A DNA stretch of 64,000 nt, taken from assembly GCA_964461715.1 (NCBI GenBank), contig CAYWVR010000006.1, positions 55,923 through 119,922 of the forward strand. The letters run 5' to 3'. A program made the translations under genes and the position numbers. Position 1 is the first letter of the stretch, and each line of letters starts with the position of its first letter. Positions 46,231 to 54,540 of the stretch are shown in pieces. The DNA is from an uncultured Anaerolineales bacterium. Lineage in GTDB: Bacteria; Planctomycetota; Phycisphaerae; FEN-1346. The notes beneath the pieces were generated by a model that worked only from the letters and a program-made list of their open reading frames with translations, made no database searches and was not told the origin of the DNA.

Positions 46231-46259
46231 TTGCTGCCGGGGCGCTTCCGGCGTAGAAT
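46231..46259 (+). promoter_or_regulatory. Sigma70-like promoter (TTGCTG-N17-TAGAAT) placed for a leaderless transcript
   Basis: TTGCTG lies at 46231-46236 and TAGAAT at 46254-46259. The ATG of the next ORF is at 46268, only 8 nt after the -10 element. Confidence 0.4.
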
Positions 46260-46267
46260 GCCCCACC

Positions 46268-46501
46268 ATGTTCGACTGGGACGCCGACCGCCGCCGCATG
46301 ATCGCCGAGACCAGCGCCTTCATCGAATGGGGGCTGGCCAACCCGGACAAGGTCCGCTGGATCCCCCGCCGCCGTGTGGGCTCGGGCGGGTGGAGCCGGT
46401 CGATGCAGGTGGCCTTCTGGGGCGGGGTGCTGGCCACGGCGGGCGGGGCGTCCCGGGCGCTGTTGGCCCGGTTCCTGCGCTGGGCGAAGGTCCGGCGGTA
46501 A
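46268..46501 (+). CDS. Small hypothetical protein (77 aa), possibly leaderless
   Basis: The peptide is MFDWDADRRRMIAETSAFIEWGLANPDKVRWIP... with a C-terminal hydrophobic segment (MQVAFWGGVLATAGGA). There is no ribosome-binding site, and the promoter-like element lies immediately upstream. Confidence 0.4.
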   Translation: MFDWDADRRRMIAETSAFIEWGLANPDKVRWIPRRRVGSGGWSRSMQVAFWGGVLATAGGASRALLARFLRWAKVRR

Positions 46502-46552
46502 CGCTTCGAACGGAACCGCGAGCGTACGTCCGCGGCTCCTGTCGAGAAGCGC

Positions 46553-47704
46553 CTACTCGATCACTTCGAGGTCGTCGACCGTGATGAGGTTGGTCTTCCA
46601 GTCCTTCACGTAGGACTTCGCACCGCGGACGCCGACCGCCCGGCCGACGTACCGGTCGAGGTCATACGTGTCGGACTTGAGGACGCAGACGATCCGGCCC
46701 TCCTTGTCCAGGAGCTTGTGCCTGACGGGGTGCTCGACCCCTTCGAGCATCTGGATGCGGGCGACCACGCCCTGGGCCTGGAACGCCGGGCGGACCATGG
46801 ACCGCTGGCGCGCGACGACGGCCTCCTCCTCGGCCCGCCGGGCCTGGAGCTCGGCCAGACGCTCGTTCAGCCGCGTCTCGATGGCCACCGTATCCTGGTA
46901 ATGGCTCTTTTGCTTCTCGAGCTCGCCGAGGTACGCGATCCGCTGGCGGGCGGCGGTCTTCAGGTACCGCTTGTCGGTCTTCTCGAGGATCTCGGCGTAC
47001 TTGGCGGCGGCGGCGGTGTAGTCGCGGTCCGGGACGGGTTTCTTGAGTTCCTCGACGAGCGTCGCGTCGGTCGCCTTGAAGGCCTCGATCAGAACCTGGA
47101 CGCCCGACATCTCCACCTCGACCTCGATGTCCACCTCCGGCGTCGGGGGCGTGGGCGGGGTGGGCTCGGACTCCGCCTCCAGGTACACGCTCGAGACGTA
47201 TACCCGCGACCCCTCCGGCGGCTCGACGCGCACCATCTCGCCGCGCGGAGGGCCGGCGATCGCCAGCGTCCGGCCCTCGGGCAGGCGAGCCAGGACGCAC
47301 CACGCCCGATCCGCCGCCTCGCTCGAGGTGTAGACGCGGGTCTGCGGCACGGAGACGGTGGCGGTGGCGCCGTCGGGGGAGAGGGTGACGTCGCTCCGCC
47401 GCACCAGGCCGTAGACGCCCGGGGGCGGCGTGACGGCCGACCAGCCTCGCGTCGCCTCCTGGACCGTCACCTTCGTGCCCTCTTCGAGCATCAGGAGCGA
47501 GTAGTAATAGTGCCCCGGGCCGCAACGCACGCGCAGAAGCTCGGTGTCGACGGTGGCGGAGTAGGGCGGCGTGGGTCCGGGGGGCGTCGGGGCCGCCGCC
47601 GGCGTCGAGGGGATGGGCCGATACGGTCGCAACTGGGCCTCGGCCGCCGGGACCGCGATCCGCATGAGCAGGGCACAGGCGAGGGCCATCGGGGTGAAGC
47701 GCAT
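46553..47704 (-). CDS. Secreted protein with bacterial SH3-like domains and coiled coil
   Basis: A GGAGGAAGGAG ribosome-binding site precedes the ATG at 47704. The signal peptide is MRFTPMALACALLMRIAVPAAEA. SH3b-like segments are present (LLRVRCGPGHYYYSLLMLEEGTKVTVQEATRGWSAV; ARLPEGRTLAIAG...MVRVEPPEGSRVYV). A helical ERLAELQARRAEEEA region is present. Confidence 0.65.
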   Translation of the reverse strand: MRFTPMALACALLMRIAVPAAEAQLRPYRPIPSTPAAAPTPPGPTPPYSATVDTELLRVRCGPGHYYYSLLMLEEGTKVTVQEATRGWSAVTPPPGVYGLVRRSDVTLSPDGATATVSVPQTRVYTSSEAADRAWCVLARLPEGRTLAIAGPPRGEMVRVEPPEGSRVYVSSVYLEAESEPTPPTPPTPEVDIEVEVEMSGVQVLIEAFKATDATLVEELKKPVPDRDYTAAAAKYAEILEKTDKRYLKTAARQRIAYLGELEKQKSHYQDTVAIETRLNERLAELQARRAEEEAVVARQRSMVRPAFQAQGVVARIQMLEGVEHPVRHKLLDKEGRIVCVLKSDTYDLDRYVGRAVGVRGAKSYVKDWKTNLITVDDLEVIE

Positions 47705-48062
47705 GGAGCCACTCCTTCCTCCGGACGCGGGGCCGAACCGCCTCTCCCGCCCGGACAAGTCCACCAGGGCGCTCCTTTTACGCTACAAACCGACCCGGCG
47801 AGTGTCAATACAAATGCCAAGGAGGCGGCATCGCGCAGGCCGGGGCGGAACCGGCTTCGCTTATTCCCGGCAACGGTTTGCGTCGATCGCGTCGAGCATG
47901 GTGGGCCTTTCGTCTGCGTCCTCCCTCCCAAGAGACGCAAACGCGGCGAAAGGTCAGCGGCTTCCCCTCCGGTGCGCGATCTCATCCTTGTCCTCGCGCG
48001 GATCGGCGACGTTCACGCGCAGGAATCGCGTTCCCGCCGAGTCGTGGCGCGCGGCCAGGGAT

Positions 48063-48518
48063 TCAGCTGCGGCCGTGTGCTTCCGTATCCATGACAATCG
48101 TCACCGGCCCGTCGTTCTCCAGCTCGACGTGCATGTGGGCGGCGAACCGGCCGCGCGCGACGGGCAGGCCCTCGGCGGCGACGGCGTCGCAGAACCTCGC
48201 GTAGAGCCGCTCGGCCTCCTCCGGGGGGGCGGCGCCCGCGAAGCTGGGCCGGTTGCCGCGCCGCGTGTCGGCGAGGAGGGTAAACTGACTGACGGCGAGC
48301 ACCGCCCCGCCCACGTCCCCGGCCGCGAGGTTCATCTTCCCTTGGGCGTCGGAGAAGATGCGGAGACGGGCCACCTTGCCCGCCAGAATCCGCGCGTCCT
48401 CCTCGAGGTCGCCCTTGGCCACGCCCACGAGGACGGCGAGGCCGAGCCCGATCTCGCCGACCGTCTCGCCCTCGACCGTCACCCGGGCCCGTCCGACGCG
48501 CTGCACGACCGCCCGCAT
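48063..48518 (-). CDS. dtd: D-aminoacyl-tRNA deacylase
   Basis: MRAVVQRV ... GLAVLVGV ... [20 protein letters not shown] ... [17 protein letters not shown] matches Dtd full length. A GGAG ribosome-binding site lies 5 nt before the ATG at 48518; a GTG at 48524 is also in frame. Confidence 0.92.
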   Translation of the reverse strand: MRAVVQRVGRARVTVEGETVGEIGLGLAVLVGVAKGDLEEDARILAGKVARLRIFSDAQGKMNLAAGDVGGAVLAVSQFTLLADTRRGNRPSFAGAAPPEEAERLYARFCDAVAAEGLPVARGRFAAHMHVELENDGPVTIVMDTEAHGRS

Positions 48519-48626
48519 GGCCACTCCTTTCCTTGACGTCGGGCCTCACCGTACGGGGCGGGTCGCCCGGCCGCCACCGTTTTCCCGCCGGAGGAGGTCT
48601 CAACCGATTTTTCACGCCGCGCGGGG

Positions 48627-48656
48627 TTGAATCGCGGGGCGGGGCGATGGTATAAT
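48627..48656 (+). promoter_or_regulatory. Sigma70-like promoter (TTGAAT-N18-TATAAT) upstream of the CBM48 gene
   Basis: TTGAAT lies at 48627-48632 and a perfect TATAAT at 48651-48656. Confidence 0.45.
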
Positions 48657-48760
48657 GCGGGAACGGACGCCCGCCCGGGGGCGAGGCGTGAAGAAGATTC
48701 ACCCCGGCACGAGGTTGCGGTCGGGGCCTTCCGATGGGACCCACCCGGACGTGGGGGAGT

Positions 48761-49105
48761 ATGGCGATGGTCACAGTACAGGGACGCGAGGTGATGTTTC
48801 GGTTCTTCCGGCCCGGCGCCCACGAGGTGTCGGTGGCCGGCGACTTCAACGGATGGCGCGCGGGCGAGATGCCCATGCACTCCGACGGCGACGGGTGGTG
48901 GCAGGTCCGCATGCGGCTGTTGCCGGGCACGTACCGGTTTCGCTACGTCGCGGACGGGGCGTGGTATACCGACTTCGCGGCGTTCGGCATCGAGTACACG
49001 GGCCACGGTCCGGTCGGCCGCCTCCACGTCCCGCCGGTCAAGGTGCCCCTCTGCCAGGCCTGCGAGACCCGGACCGAGGAGGCCGCGGTCCTGTCGGCAG
49101 GCTAG
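48761..49105 (+). CDS. CBM48 / E-set (glycogen-binding, AMPK-beta-like) domain protein
   Basis: VMFRFFRPGAHEVSVAGDFNGWRAGEMPMHSDGDGWWQVRMRLLPGTYRFRYVADGAWYTD is the classic isoamylase-N / CBM48 pattern. The ATG at 48761 is preferred over the track start at 48734. Confidence 0.8.
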   Translation: MAMVTVQGREVMFRFFRPGAHEVSVAGDFNGWRAGEMPMHSDGDGWWQVRMRLLPGTYRFRYVADGAWYTDFAAFGIEYTGHGPVGRLHVPPVKVPLCQACETRTEEAAVLSAG

Positions 49106-49183
49106 CGAAGAAGGTCGAGCACGGCCTTCAGGCCTGGGCCGCCGCCGCGCGTGCCTTTCAGGATCGGCGAGATGGCGTGAGCC

Positions 49184-50803
49184 TCAGAACCGCTTCAACT
49201 GCCCCGTCAGCATCCGCACCTTCAACTCCGAGAACCCTGCGGTGGCGGCGTCGCAGCCGAGGCCGAAGCTGCGGGGCGGCGGACGCTTCGTGCCCACGTC
49301 CGGCATCGCGAGGTCCGAGGCGGCCCCTTCCCACGAAAGGTACGGCTGACCGTTGTACGTCACGGTGATGGCCGCGTCCGGGGCCTTCAGCTCGACTTTC
49401 ACCAAGACCGTGTGCTCGGTGCCGTTGGGCATCTTCGGAGACGAGACGTGGCCCGGGCTGGTCGTGAAGTCCGCCCCGTTGACCGTCTCCAGGCCGCTGG
49501 TCAGGCCGTACTCGTTGGCCCCGGAGTAAGAGCCGCCCGAGGGCCGCCCCGCCAGCCGCAGCACACACCCGGTCCGCCCGATCGGCAACGTGATCGCCAG
49601 GCCCCGCCCGTGTCCACGGAGCCGCTTGAACGTGACGCGCAGCTCGTAGCTCCCCTCCGGCAGGGCGGGCACGGCGAGGTATGCCCCCGGGCGGCTCTGG
49701 ACGGCCAGCACCCCGCCGCGCAGCACCCAGTTTCCGTTCAGGGTGTGGCGGCCGGGGTTGACGAGGGCCAGCAGGTCGACCCACTCGGCCTTCGGGGCCT
49801 CGGGTTTCGCGAGGTCTGCCAGGGCCTTCTCGACCTCCGCCAGGGCGAGCGTCGCCTTGTCGCGCTCCAGGTCCTCGGCCGTGTGCAGCTCGAGGAACCG
49901 CCGGTAGTAGGTCCGGGCGCGGCGGAGCATGGCGGGGCGGCCGACGGCCCCGGCCTCCTGTGCGAGGCCCCCGTACCAGTCGGCCAGTTCGATGCAGGCC
50001 CGCTCCGGCAGCGTCGTCGGCTTCATCGCCGCCACCAGGATGTACTTGTCGAGGTGGTCCTCGCTATCGCGCTCGGCGAAGGCGGCGGCCCGCTCGGGGT
50101 CGTCGTACTCGACCAGGTAGAAGCGCAAGATCTGCTCGCGGATGGGCCGGTCCGCGGGCCGGGCCGCGAGGGCCGCCTCCAGCTCGGCCAGCCGCTTCGC
50201 CAGCTCGACCCGCTCCAGCCGCCGCCCGACCTCCGACGTCCGCGTCGAGCGGACCTTCTCGGCGGTGTCGGCGGCGCGGCGGGCATAGCCGGCGGCCTTG
50301 GCGAAGAGCGTTTCCTCGAGCGCGGCATCGGCGAGGGCGAGGAGCGTGGTGACGAGGTTCTCCCCGGCGGCGTTCCAGGCGGCGCCCCTGGCGGCCTTGA
50401 AGAGGCGGGTCTCGAGGTCGAGCTGCTCCTCGAGCGTCTCGACCGTCCGCTCCGGCTTCGTCTCCCGCAGCAGCACCAGGGCCGCGACGGCCGTCTCGTA
50501 GCCCGTCGGGGCTCGCCCGCCGATGGAGGCGGCATGCTCCAGCAGAAGCACCCGCAGCTCGGTCGAGGAGGCGCTCGATCGGGCCGCCTCCAGCAGCCGC
50601 TTGGCGGTGGGTCCGATCACGTGACCCGCCCGGGTCATCATCGCCGACCGCACCTCCGCCCCGTAGAGTCGGTCGAAGACCTCCTCGGGCGTCTCGGCCC
50701 GGGCCGCGGCGGCGACGCCGAGGAGACAGATCACCCCCACCCCGACCGCGGTCCAGCCGCGTCCCGTCACGCCCCGACCCCCTTGTCTCGTTGACCCGTG
50801 CAT
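49184..50803 (-). CDS. Secreted helical-repeat protein with C-terminal beta-sandwich-like domain; unknown function
   Basis: The signal/TM segment is WTAVGVGVICLLGVAAAARA. A long alpha-helical Ala/Leu/Glu/Arg region follows, and the C-terminal ~190 aa are beta-rich (NGNWVLRGGVLAVQS...YELRVTFKRL...HTVLVKVEL...VTYNGQPYLSW). Composition is coding-like, unlike the antisense ORFs. Confidence 0.6.
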   Translation of the reverse strand: MHGSTRQGGRGVTGRGWTAVGVGVICLLGVAAAARAETPEEVFDRLYGAEVRSAMMTRAGHVIGPTAKRLLEAARSSASSTELRVLLLEHAASIGGRAPTGYETAVAALVLLRETKPERTVETLEEQLDLETRLFKAARGAAWNAAGENLVTTLLALADAALEETLFAKAAGYARRAADTAEKVRSTRTSEVGRRLERVELAKRLAELEAALAARPADRPIREQILRFYLVEYDDPERAAAFAERDSEDHLDKYILVAAMKPTTLPERACIELADWYGGLAQEAGAVGRPAMLRRARTYYRRFLELHTAEDLERDKATLALAEVEKALADLAKPEAPKAEWVDLLALVNPGRHTLNGNWVLRGGVLAVQSRPGAYLAVPALPEGSYELRVTFKRLRGHGRGLAITLPIGRTGCVLRLAGRPSGGSYSGANEYGLTSGLETVNGADFTTSPGHVSSPKMPNGTEHTVLVKVELKAPDAAITVTYNGQPYLSWEGAASDLAMPDVGTKRPPPRSFGLGCDAATAGFSELKVRMLTGQLKRF

Positions 50804-50889
50804 GCGCCCCCGCGCCGTCCCCTATTGATGCGCAAGGCGGCCGGAAGTTGCGGGGAAAAGGTCCGAGGCTGTCCGAAGACCCCGTTTCG

Positions 50890-50909
50890 CCGGGCCGCAT
50901 GCGGCCCGG
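50890..50909. promoter_or_regulatory. Perfect 20-nt palindrome CCGGGCCGCATGCGGCCCGG (operator or hairpin candidate)
   Basis: The sequence equals its own reverse complement. It lies about 90-105 nt upstream of the minus-strand start at 50803, inside a 638-nt intergenic region. Confidence 0.3.
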
Positions 50910-51183
50910 TTTCACGCGGCAGGCGTGCCGGTTGGCGAGGAAGCGTTCCGTCACGTCCACCAGCTTGCCCGTCTTCATCCGGACGCGCATCTCGTGGAAC
51001 CGCCCCGCGCAGTCCCGGGCGCCGCGGCCCACATGCGCCCGGTGCGACGACCGCTCGCGCCTCACGGCACGCCCTGGCCGTGCGCGCGGAGCCCCCGACG
51101 CTCCTCGGATATAGTCCCGGATTCGTTTGTATCATAGCGTTAATCTTTAGCCCGGAAAAGTCCTCCGAAGGGGCCGGAAGCGT

Positions 51184-51212
51184 TTGACAAGGCCGCCCCC
51201 ATGGGGTAGATT
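51184..51212 (+). promoter_or_regulatory. Near-consensus sigma70 promoter (TTGACA-N17-TAGATT)
   Basis: TTGACA lies at 51184-51189 and TAGATT at 51207-51212, in the most AT-rich patch of the intergenic region. 229 nt separate the -10 element from the ATG at 51442. Confidence 0.5.
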
Positions 51213-51441
51213 TCTTTTGGAGATACGGAGGGTTGTGCGGGTCACGTCTGAGCGGTCCGGGTCCGGGCTGGTGCCAAGTGGTGCAGGCACGTCGGGCGAG
51301 CGCGCGCCAAGGGGGCGGCGTCTTCCGGCGAGCTTCCGTACACGTCCATAAAGCGGACGCGCGGACCGGGCCGAGCCGCCCGTGGCGGACGGTCCTTTCC
51401 CCGGTCGGCGACGTCCGGCGAGAGTTGAGAGGAGCGAAGCC

Positions 51442-52794
51442 ATGCGGACCCGAACCCTTCTGTTGTGCCTCGTGCCCATGATGGGGCTGCTCATCGCCGC
51501 GCCGGCGATGGCCCAGGCGCCCGACCGCGACGCCTACAAGTACTCGCAGCCCGACGAAGTCCTCCAGGTCGCCGTGCCGGACGTCGACAAGGCCGCCGGC
51601 GCCCCCGCGCCTGACAACTCCTGCTGGCAGGCCACCGCGGCCAACCTGCTCGCCGGGGCCGGGTGGGGCAAGGCCGGAAACAATCCCCAGCAGAACGCCG
51701 ACGCCATCTACGGTCATATGACCAACCACTTCGGCCTGCCCCTGACGGGCAACCCCCACATCGCCATCAACTGGTGGCTCATGATGGTCGGCACCAATCC
51801 CAGTGCCGCCACCAACCCCGACACCGACTACTACAACCCGACGTACGGCTACACCGACGTGACGCGCGGGGGCGGCTACATCGACGACATCGTCTACAAC
51901 GGACTCCTGGACGAGATCAACCGTTGCCAGTACGTCGGCGTCGGTTTCGCCCAGCCGAACAACGACGTCGGCCATGCCATGACCCTCGTGGGCGGCAACT
52001 ACGCCGGGAACCCCAGCGCCAAGCCGGGCGGCGATACGTCCATCTGGCACGACTCCGACCGCGACCTCGGCAACGGACCCGACGGCGTCAATGACGACGA
52101 GCTCGCGAACTGGTGGGTCAGCGCCGGCGTGCCGGGCATGGCCGGCCAGTGGTGGCTCGACATGAACAACAACGGCACCTACGACCCGCCCGAGGCTCCC
52201 GACCCCGATTGGGAAGCCAACAGCTACACGACCCTCTGCCCGGGCCTGACGAAGAACCAGGACGCCATCGAGAACTACGACGTCGCCTACTTCACCGACC
52301 TCAACCCCCTCTACGGCGAGATGGGCGAGCCGCAGTGGAAACCGCGGGCCGACGTGCGCGGCACGGCCGGCTACGGGGACGTCATCATCGACGACCAGGA
52401 GTACACCGTTTTCGTGCCGAACGACGACCAGGTGCCCCCCGAGTTCTTCAAGGAGATCTGGCTCCTCATCGACTACTTCGATCGCGACAACGCCTATGCC
52501 GACGCGGCCGGCGATCCGTATGTCGAGAAGGACATTGTGGTTGAGCTGCCGGACGGGACGTTTGTCGACCCGACGACCGTCGACCCGAACGGCGACCTCG
52601 GCCAGCTCCTCTACTATTGGAAGCTCGACGACCAGCCCGCGTGGGAAAAGATCCACTTCCCCAACGCCAACTACATCCAGCTCACGGGCGAGGTGAAGGA
52701 CTGGAACCTGGCCACGCTCTGTACGCCGGAGCCCGCGACGATGGCGCTGATGGCCCTGGGCCTGGCGGCCCTCGTGCGGCGGCGCCGCCGCTAG
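51442..52794 (+). CDS. Secreted PEP-CTERM protein with papain-like Cys/His motifs (putative cysteine peptidase)
   Basis: A GAGAGGAG ribosome-binding site is present. The signal peptide is MRTRTLLLCLVPMMGLLIAAPAMA. PAPDNSCWQATAANLLAGAGW and NNDVGHAMTLVGGNY resemble papain-fold catalytic Cys and His environments. The C-terminus CTPEPATMALMALGLAALVRRRRR is a PEP-CTERM signal. Confidence 0.7.
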   Translation: MRTRTLLLCLVPMMGLLIAAPAMAQAPDRDAYKYSQPDEVLQVAVPDVDKAAGAPAPDNSCWQATAANLLAGAGWGKAGNNPQQNADAIYGHMTNHFGLPLTGNPHIAINWWLMMVGTNPSAATNPDTDYYNPTYGYTDVTRGGGYIDDIVYNGLLDEINRCQYVGVGFAQPNNDVGHAMTLVGGNYAGNPSAKPGGDTSIWHDSDRDLGNGPDGVNDDELANWWVSAGVPGMAGQWWLDMNNNGTYDPPEAPDPDWEANSYTTLCPGLTKNQDAIENYDVAYFTDLNPLYGEMGEPQWKPRADVRGTAGYGDVIIDDQEYTVFVPNDDQVPPEFFKEIWLLIDYFDRDNAYADAAGDPYVEKDIVVELPDGTFVDPTTVDPNGDLGQLLYYWKLDDQPAWEKIHFPNANYIQLTGEVKDWNLATLCTPEPATMALMALGLAALVRRRRR

Positions 52795-52978
52795 CGCCCC
52801 GGAATTCGAGCGATCCCGCGGCCCCCCGACGCCGGGGAGGCGAGAGCGAGGGCGGCCCGGTAGGACGCCCTCGCGCGGTGGGCGGTCCCCGCGCCGCTGC
52901 CCATCGCCACGGTGGTGGCACGGCCAGCTTGGCTGTCCGTGTGCCTTTCCCGGGCCGTTGTCGCAGCCTTCTGCCTTG

Positions 52979-53659
52979 CTACTTCTCCGCCTCTCGTCTT
53001 TCCCAAATCTCCTCCGCCTCCGGCCTGCGTATGTAGATCGGTTCGAGCGTCAGGGGATTGGCGAACTCCCCCGCCGCGGCCATGCGGGCGCCCAGACGCG
53101 CGACGACCGCCGCCCGCGGGTCCCAGGTCGCCTCGGGCGCGATCGGGAACGCCTCAAGCGCCGCCCGGGCCTTCGCGAGGCCCCGCCCGAGGACGACCGT
53201 CTCCGGCGCGAGCCGCGCGGCCAGCGCCGCCGGCTCGATGAGCAGGGGCCCGGACTCGCGGGTCCAATCCCTGCCCTCCCGCGCGAACGTCCCCGCATAC
53301 AACCCGCCACGCTTGGCGTCGAGGATGGGCGCGACGCGCGCGGCGGGGGGGGCGTTCTCCGCCAGGACACGCAGCGTCGGCACCGCGACGATCCCGGCCC
53401 CCGCGTCCCGGGCCATGACCTTCGCCACGACGACCGCGATCCGCACACCCGTAAACGACCCCGGCCCGATGCTGACCGCCACCGCCTCGATCCCGCGGGG
53501 CGTCCACCCGGCCCGCGTGCACGCGTCCCGTGCCGCCAAGATCAGGTCCCGCCCGTGCCGCAGGCCCTCCGACAGCCGGACCTCCTCGATGACCCGCTCC
53601 CCCTCGGACAGGGCCACCCCCCCGTACTTCCCGCTCGTCTCCATCGCCAGGATTCGCAT
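52979..53659 (-). CDS. tsaB: tRNA threonylcarbamoyladenosine (t6A) biosynthesis protein TsaB
   Basis: MRILAMETSGKYGGVAL ... HGRDLILAARDA ... AVSIGPGSFTGVRIAVVVAK matches TsaB/YeaZ. Confidence 0.88.
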   Translation of the reverse strand: MRILAMETSGKYGGVALSEGERVIEEVRLSEGLRHGRDLILAARDACTRAGWTPRGIEAVAVSIGPGSFTGVRIAVVVAKVMARDAGAGIVAVPTLRVLAENAPPAARVAPILDAKRGGLYAGTFAREGRDWTRESGPLLIEPAALAARLAPETVVLGRGLAKARAALEAFPIAPEATWDPRAAVVARLGARMAAAGEFANPLTLEPIYIRRPEAEEIWERREAEK

Positions 53660-54239
53660 GGCGGCATTCTATCGGGTGGACGGCGGCAGGTTCCAGGCCC
53701 AACCATCCGGCCTCAATCCAAAAAAACCGCTCCGGGAGCCGTTTTCGCTAAAAGGGTGTGCGTTGGTGCGTCAGACGGGGCGGGGTGCCACGCGCGTCGA
53801 TACGTTGAATCCTCCTGCGCCCGAGACGCCGGGGCCACGGAGGACAAGCCTTGAACCTCGCCTCCGGATGTGACGCATCGGCGCACCCGCTGGCCGCGGG
53901 AGCGCGTCGAAGAGGGTCAACTTCGCGCAAGAAGGGGGCCAAAAGGGGCGACTTCCCCCCGACTACCCCCCGAAAAGTCGCAAAAAGTGTGTCGCTTAGG
54001 GATAAATCGTTTCACGAATCCCGCCAAACGGGGATCGGGCACTTACCCATCTTGCCCATCTTGCCCGAAGAATTGAGCCGGGAACCTGTTTCGTGAGGGG
54101 CTGCCATTTTGGCGGCCGGGATGGCAGGCATGGGCATGCGTGGGAGAAACGGGCCTCCCAAGCCCGGGGTTGTCTGGCCCCGGAACCATGGCATGGAGAT
54201 GCGGCGAACCCGCGGAAGGGACGGGCGGGGGTTTTGTGG

Positions 54240-54267
54240 TTGACTTGGGGACGGGGTGTCCTACACT
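54240..54267 (+). promoter_or_regulatory. Sigma70-like promoter (TTGACT-N16-TACACT) upstream of the trm112-yidC string
   Basis: TTGACT lies at 54240-54245 and TACACT at 54262-54267, about 75 nt upstream of the GTG at 54343. Confidence 0.4.
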
Positions 54268-54342
54268 GGCACGGCTTCGGTGCCGCCCGGGGCGGGCCGA
54301 GGCCGTTTTGCCTTTGAGAGGCCCCTGGAGGGGGAGCGGCGC

Positions 54343-54537
54343 GTGATCGATGAGAAGCTCCTTGATCTGCTCGTGTGCCCGGCGTGCAAGGCCAAGGTCC
54401 GGTTGGAGGGGGACCGGCTCGTGTGCGAGAACGGGGCGTGCGGCCTGCGGTATCCGGTGCGGGAGGACATCCCCGTGATGCTCGTGGACGAGGCCGAGAA
54501 GCCCTCTCCGGGCCCGTCTACGGCATCCGATGAGTGA
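54343..54537 (+). CDS. Trm112 / UPF0434 family zinc-ribbon protein
   Basis: LLDLLVCPACKAKVRLEGDRLVCENGACGLRYPVREDIPVMLVDEA is the Trm112p-like (YcaR) signature. The GTG at 54343 is preceded by GGAGGGGGAG. Confidence 0.8.
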   Translation: MIDEKLLDLLVCPACKAKVRLEGDRLVCENGACGLRYPVREDIPVMLVDEAEKPSPGPSTASDE

Positions 54538-54540
54538 TCC

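Noticed and set aside
47705-48062. A 358-nt spacer between the SH3-domain gene start and the dtd stop, with an imperfect hairpin (about 47905-47955), considered as a possible ncRNA.
   Set aside because: It is adequately explained as the promoter region of the SH3-domain gene plus a dtd terminator-like hairpin. No conserved RNA motif was recognised and no U-tract is present.
50925-51065. A minus-strand segment translating to FHEMRVRMKTGKLVDVTERFLANRHACRV, which looks protein-like and could be a gene or mobile-element remnant.
   Set aside because: It is short and embedded in an otherwise Arg/Gly-rich ORF (50064..51065-) that overlaps the real 49184..50803 gene. I recognise no family, no ribosome-binding site and no flanking repeats.
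51154-51163. GGAAAAGTCC, reminiscent of the RNase P RNA GGAAAGUCCGGGC box.
   Set aside because: The flanking sequence does not continue the conserved box, and the ACAGAACCCGGCUUA-type 3' element is not present nearby.
53804-53812. GTTGAATCC, which superficially resembles a tRNA T-loop (GTTCGAATCC).
   Set aside because: The invariant C56 position is a G. I could not draw a matching T-stem, acceptor stem or anticodon arm on either strand.
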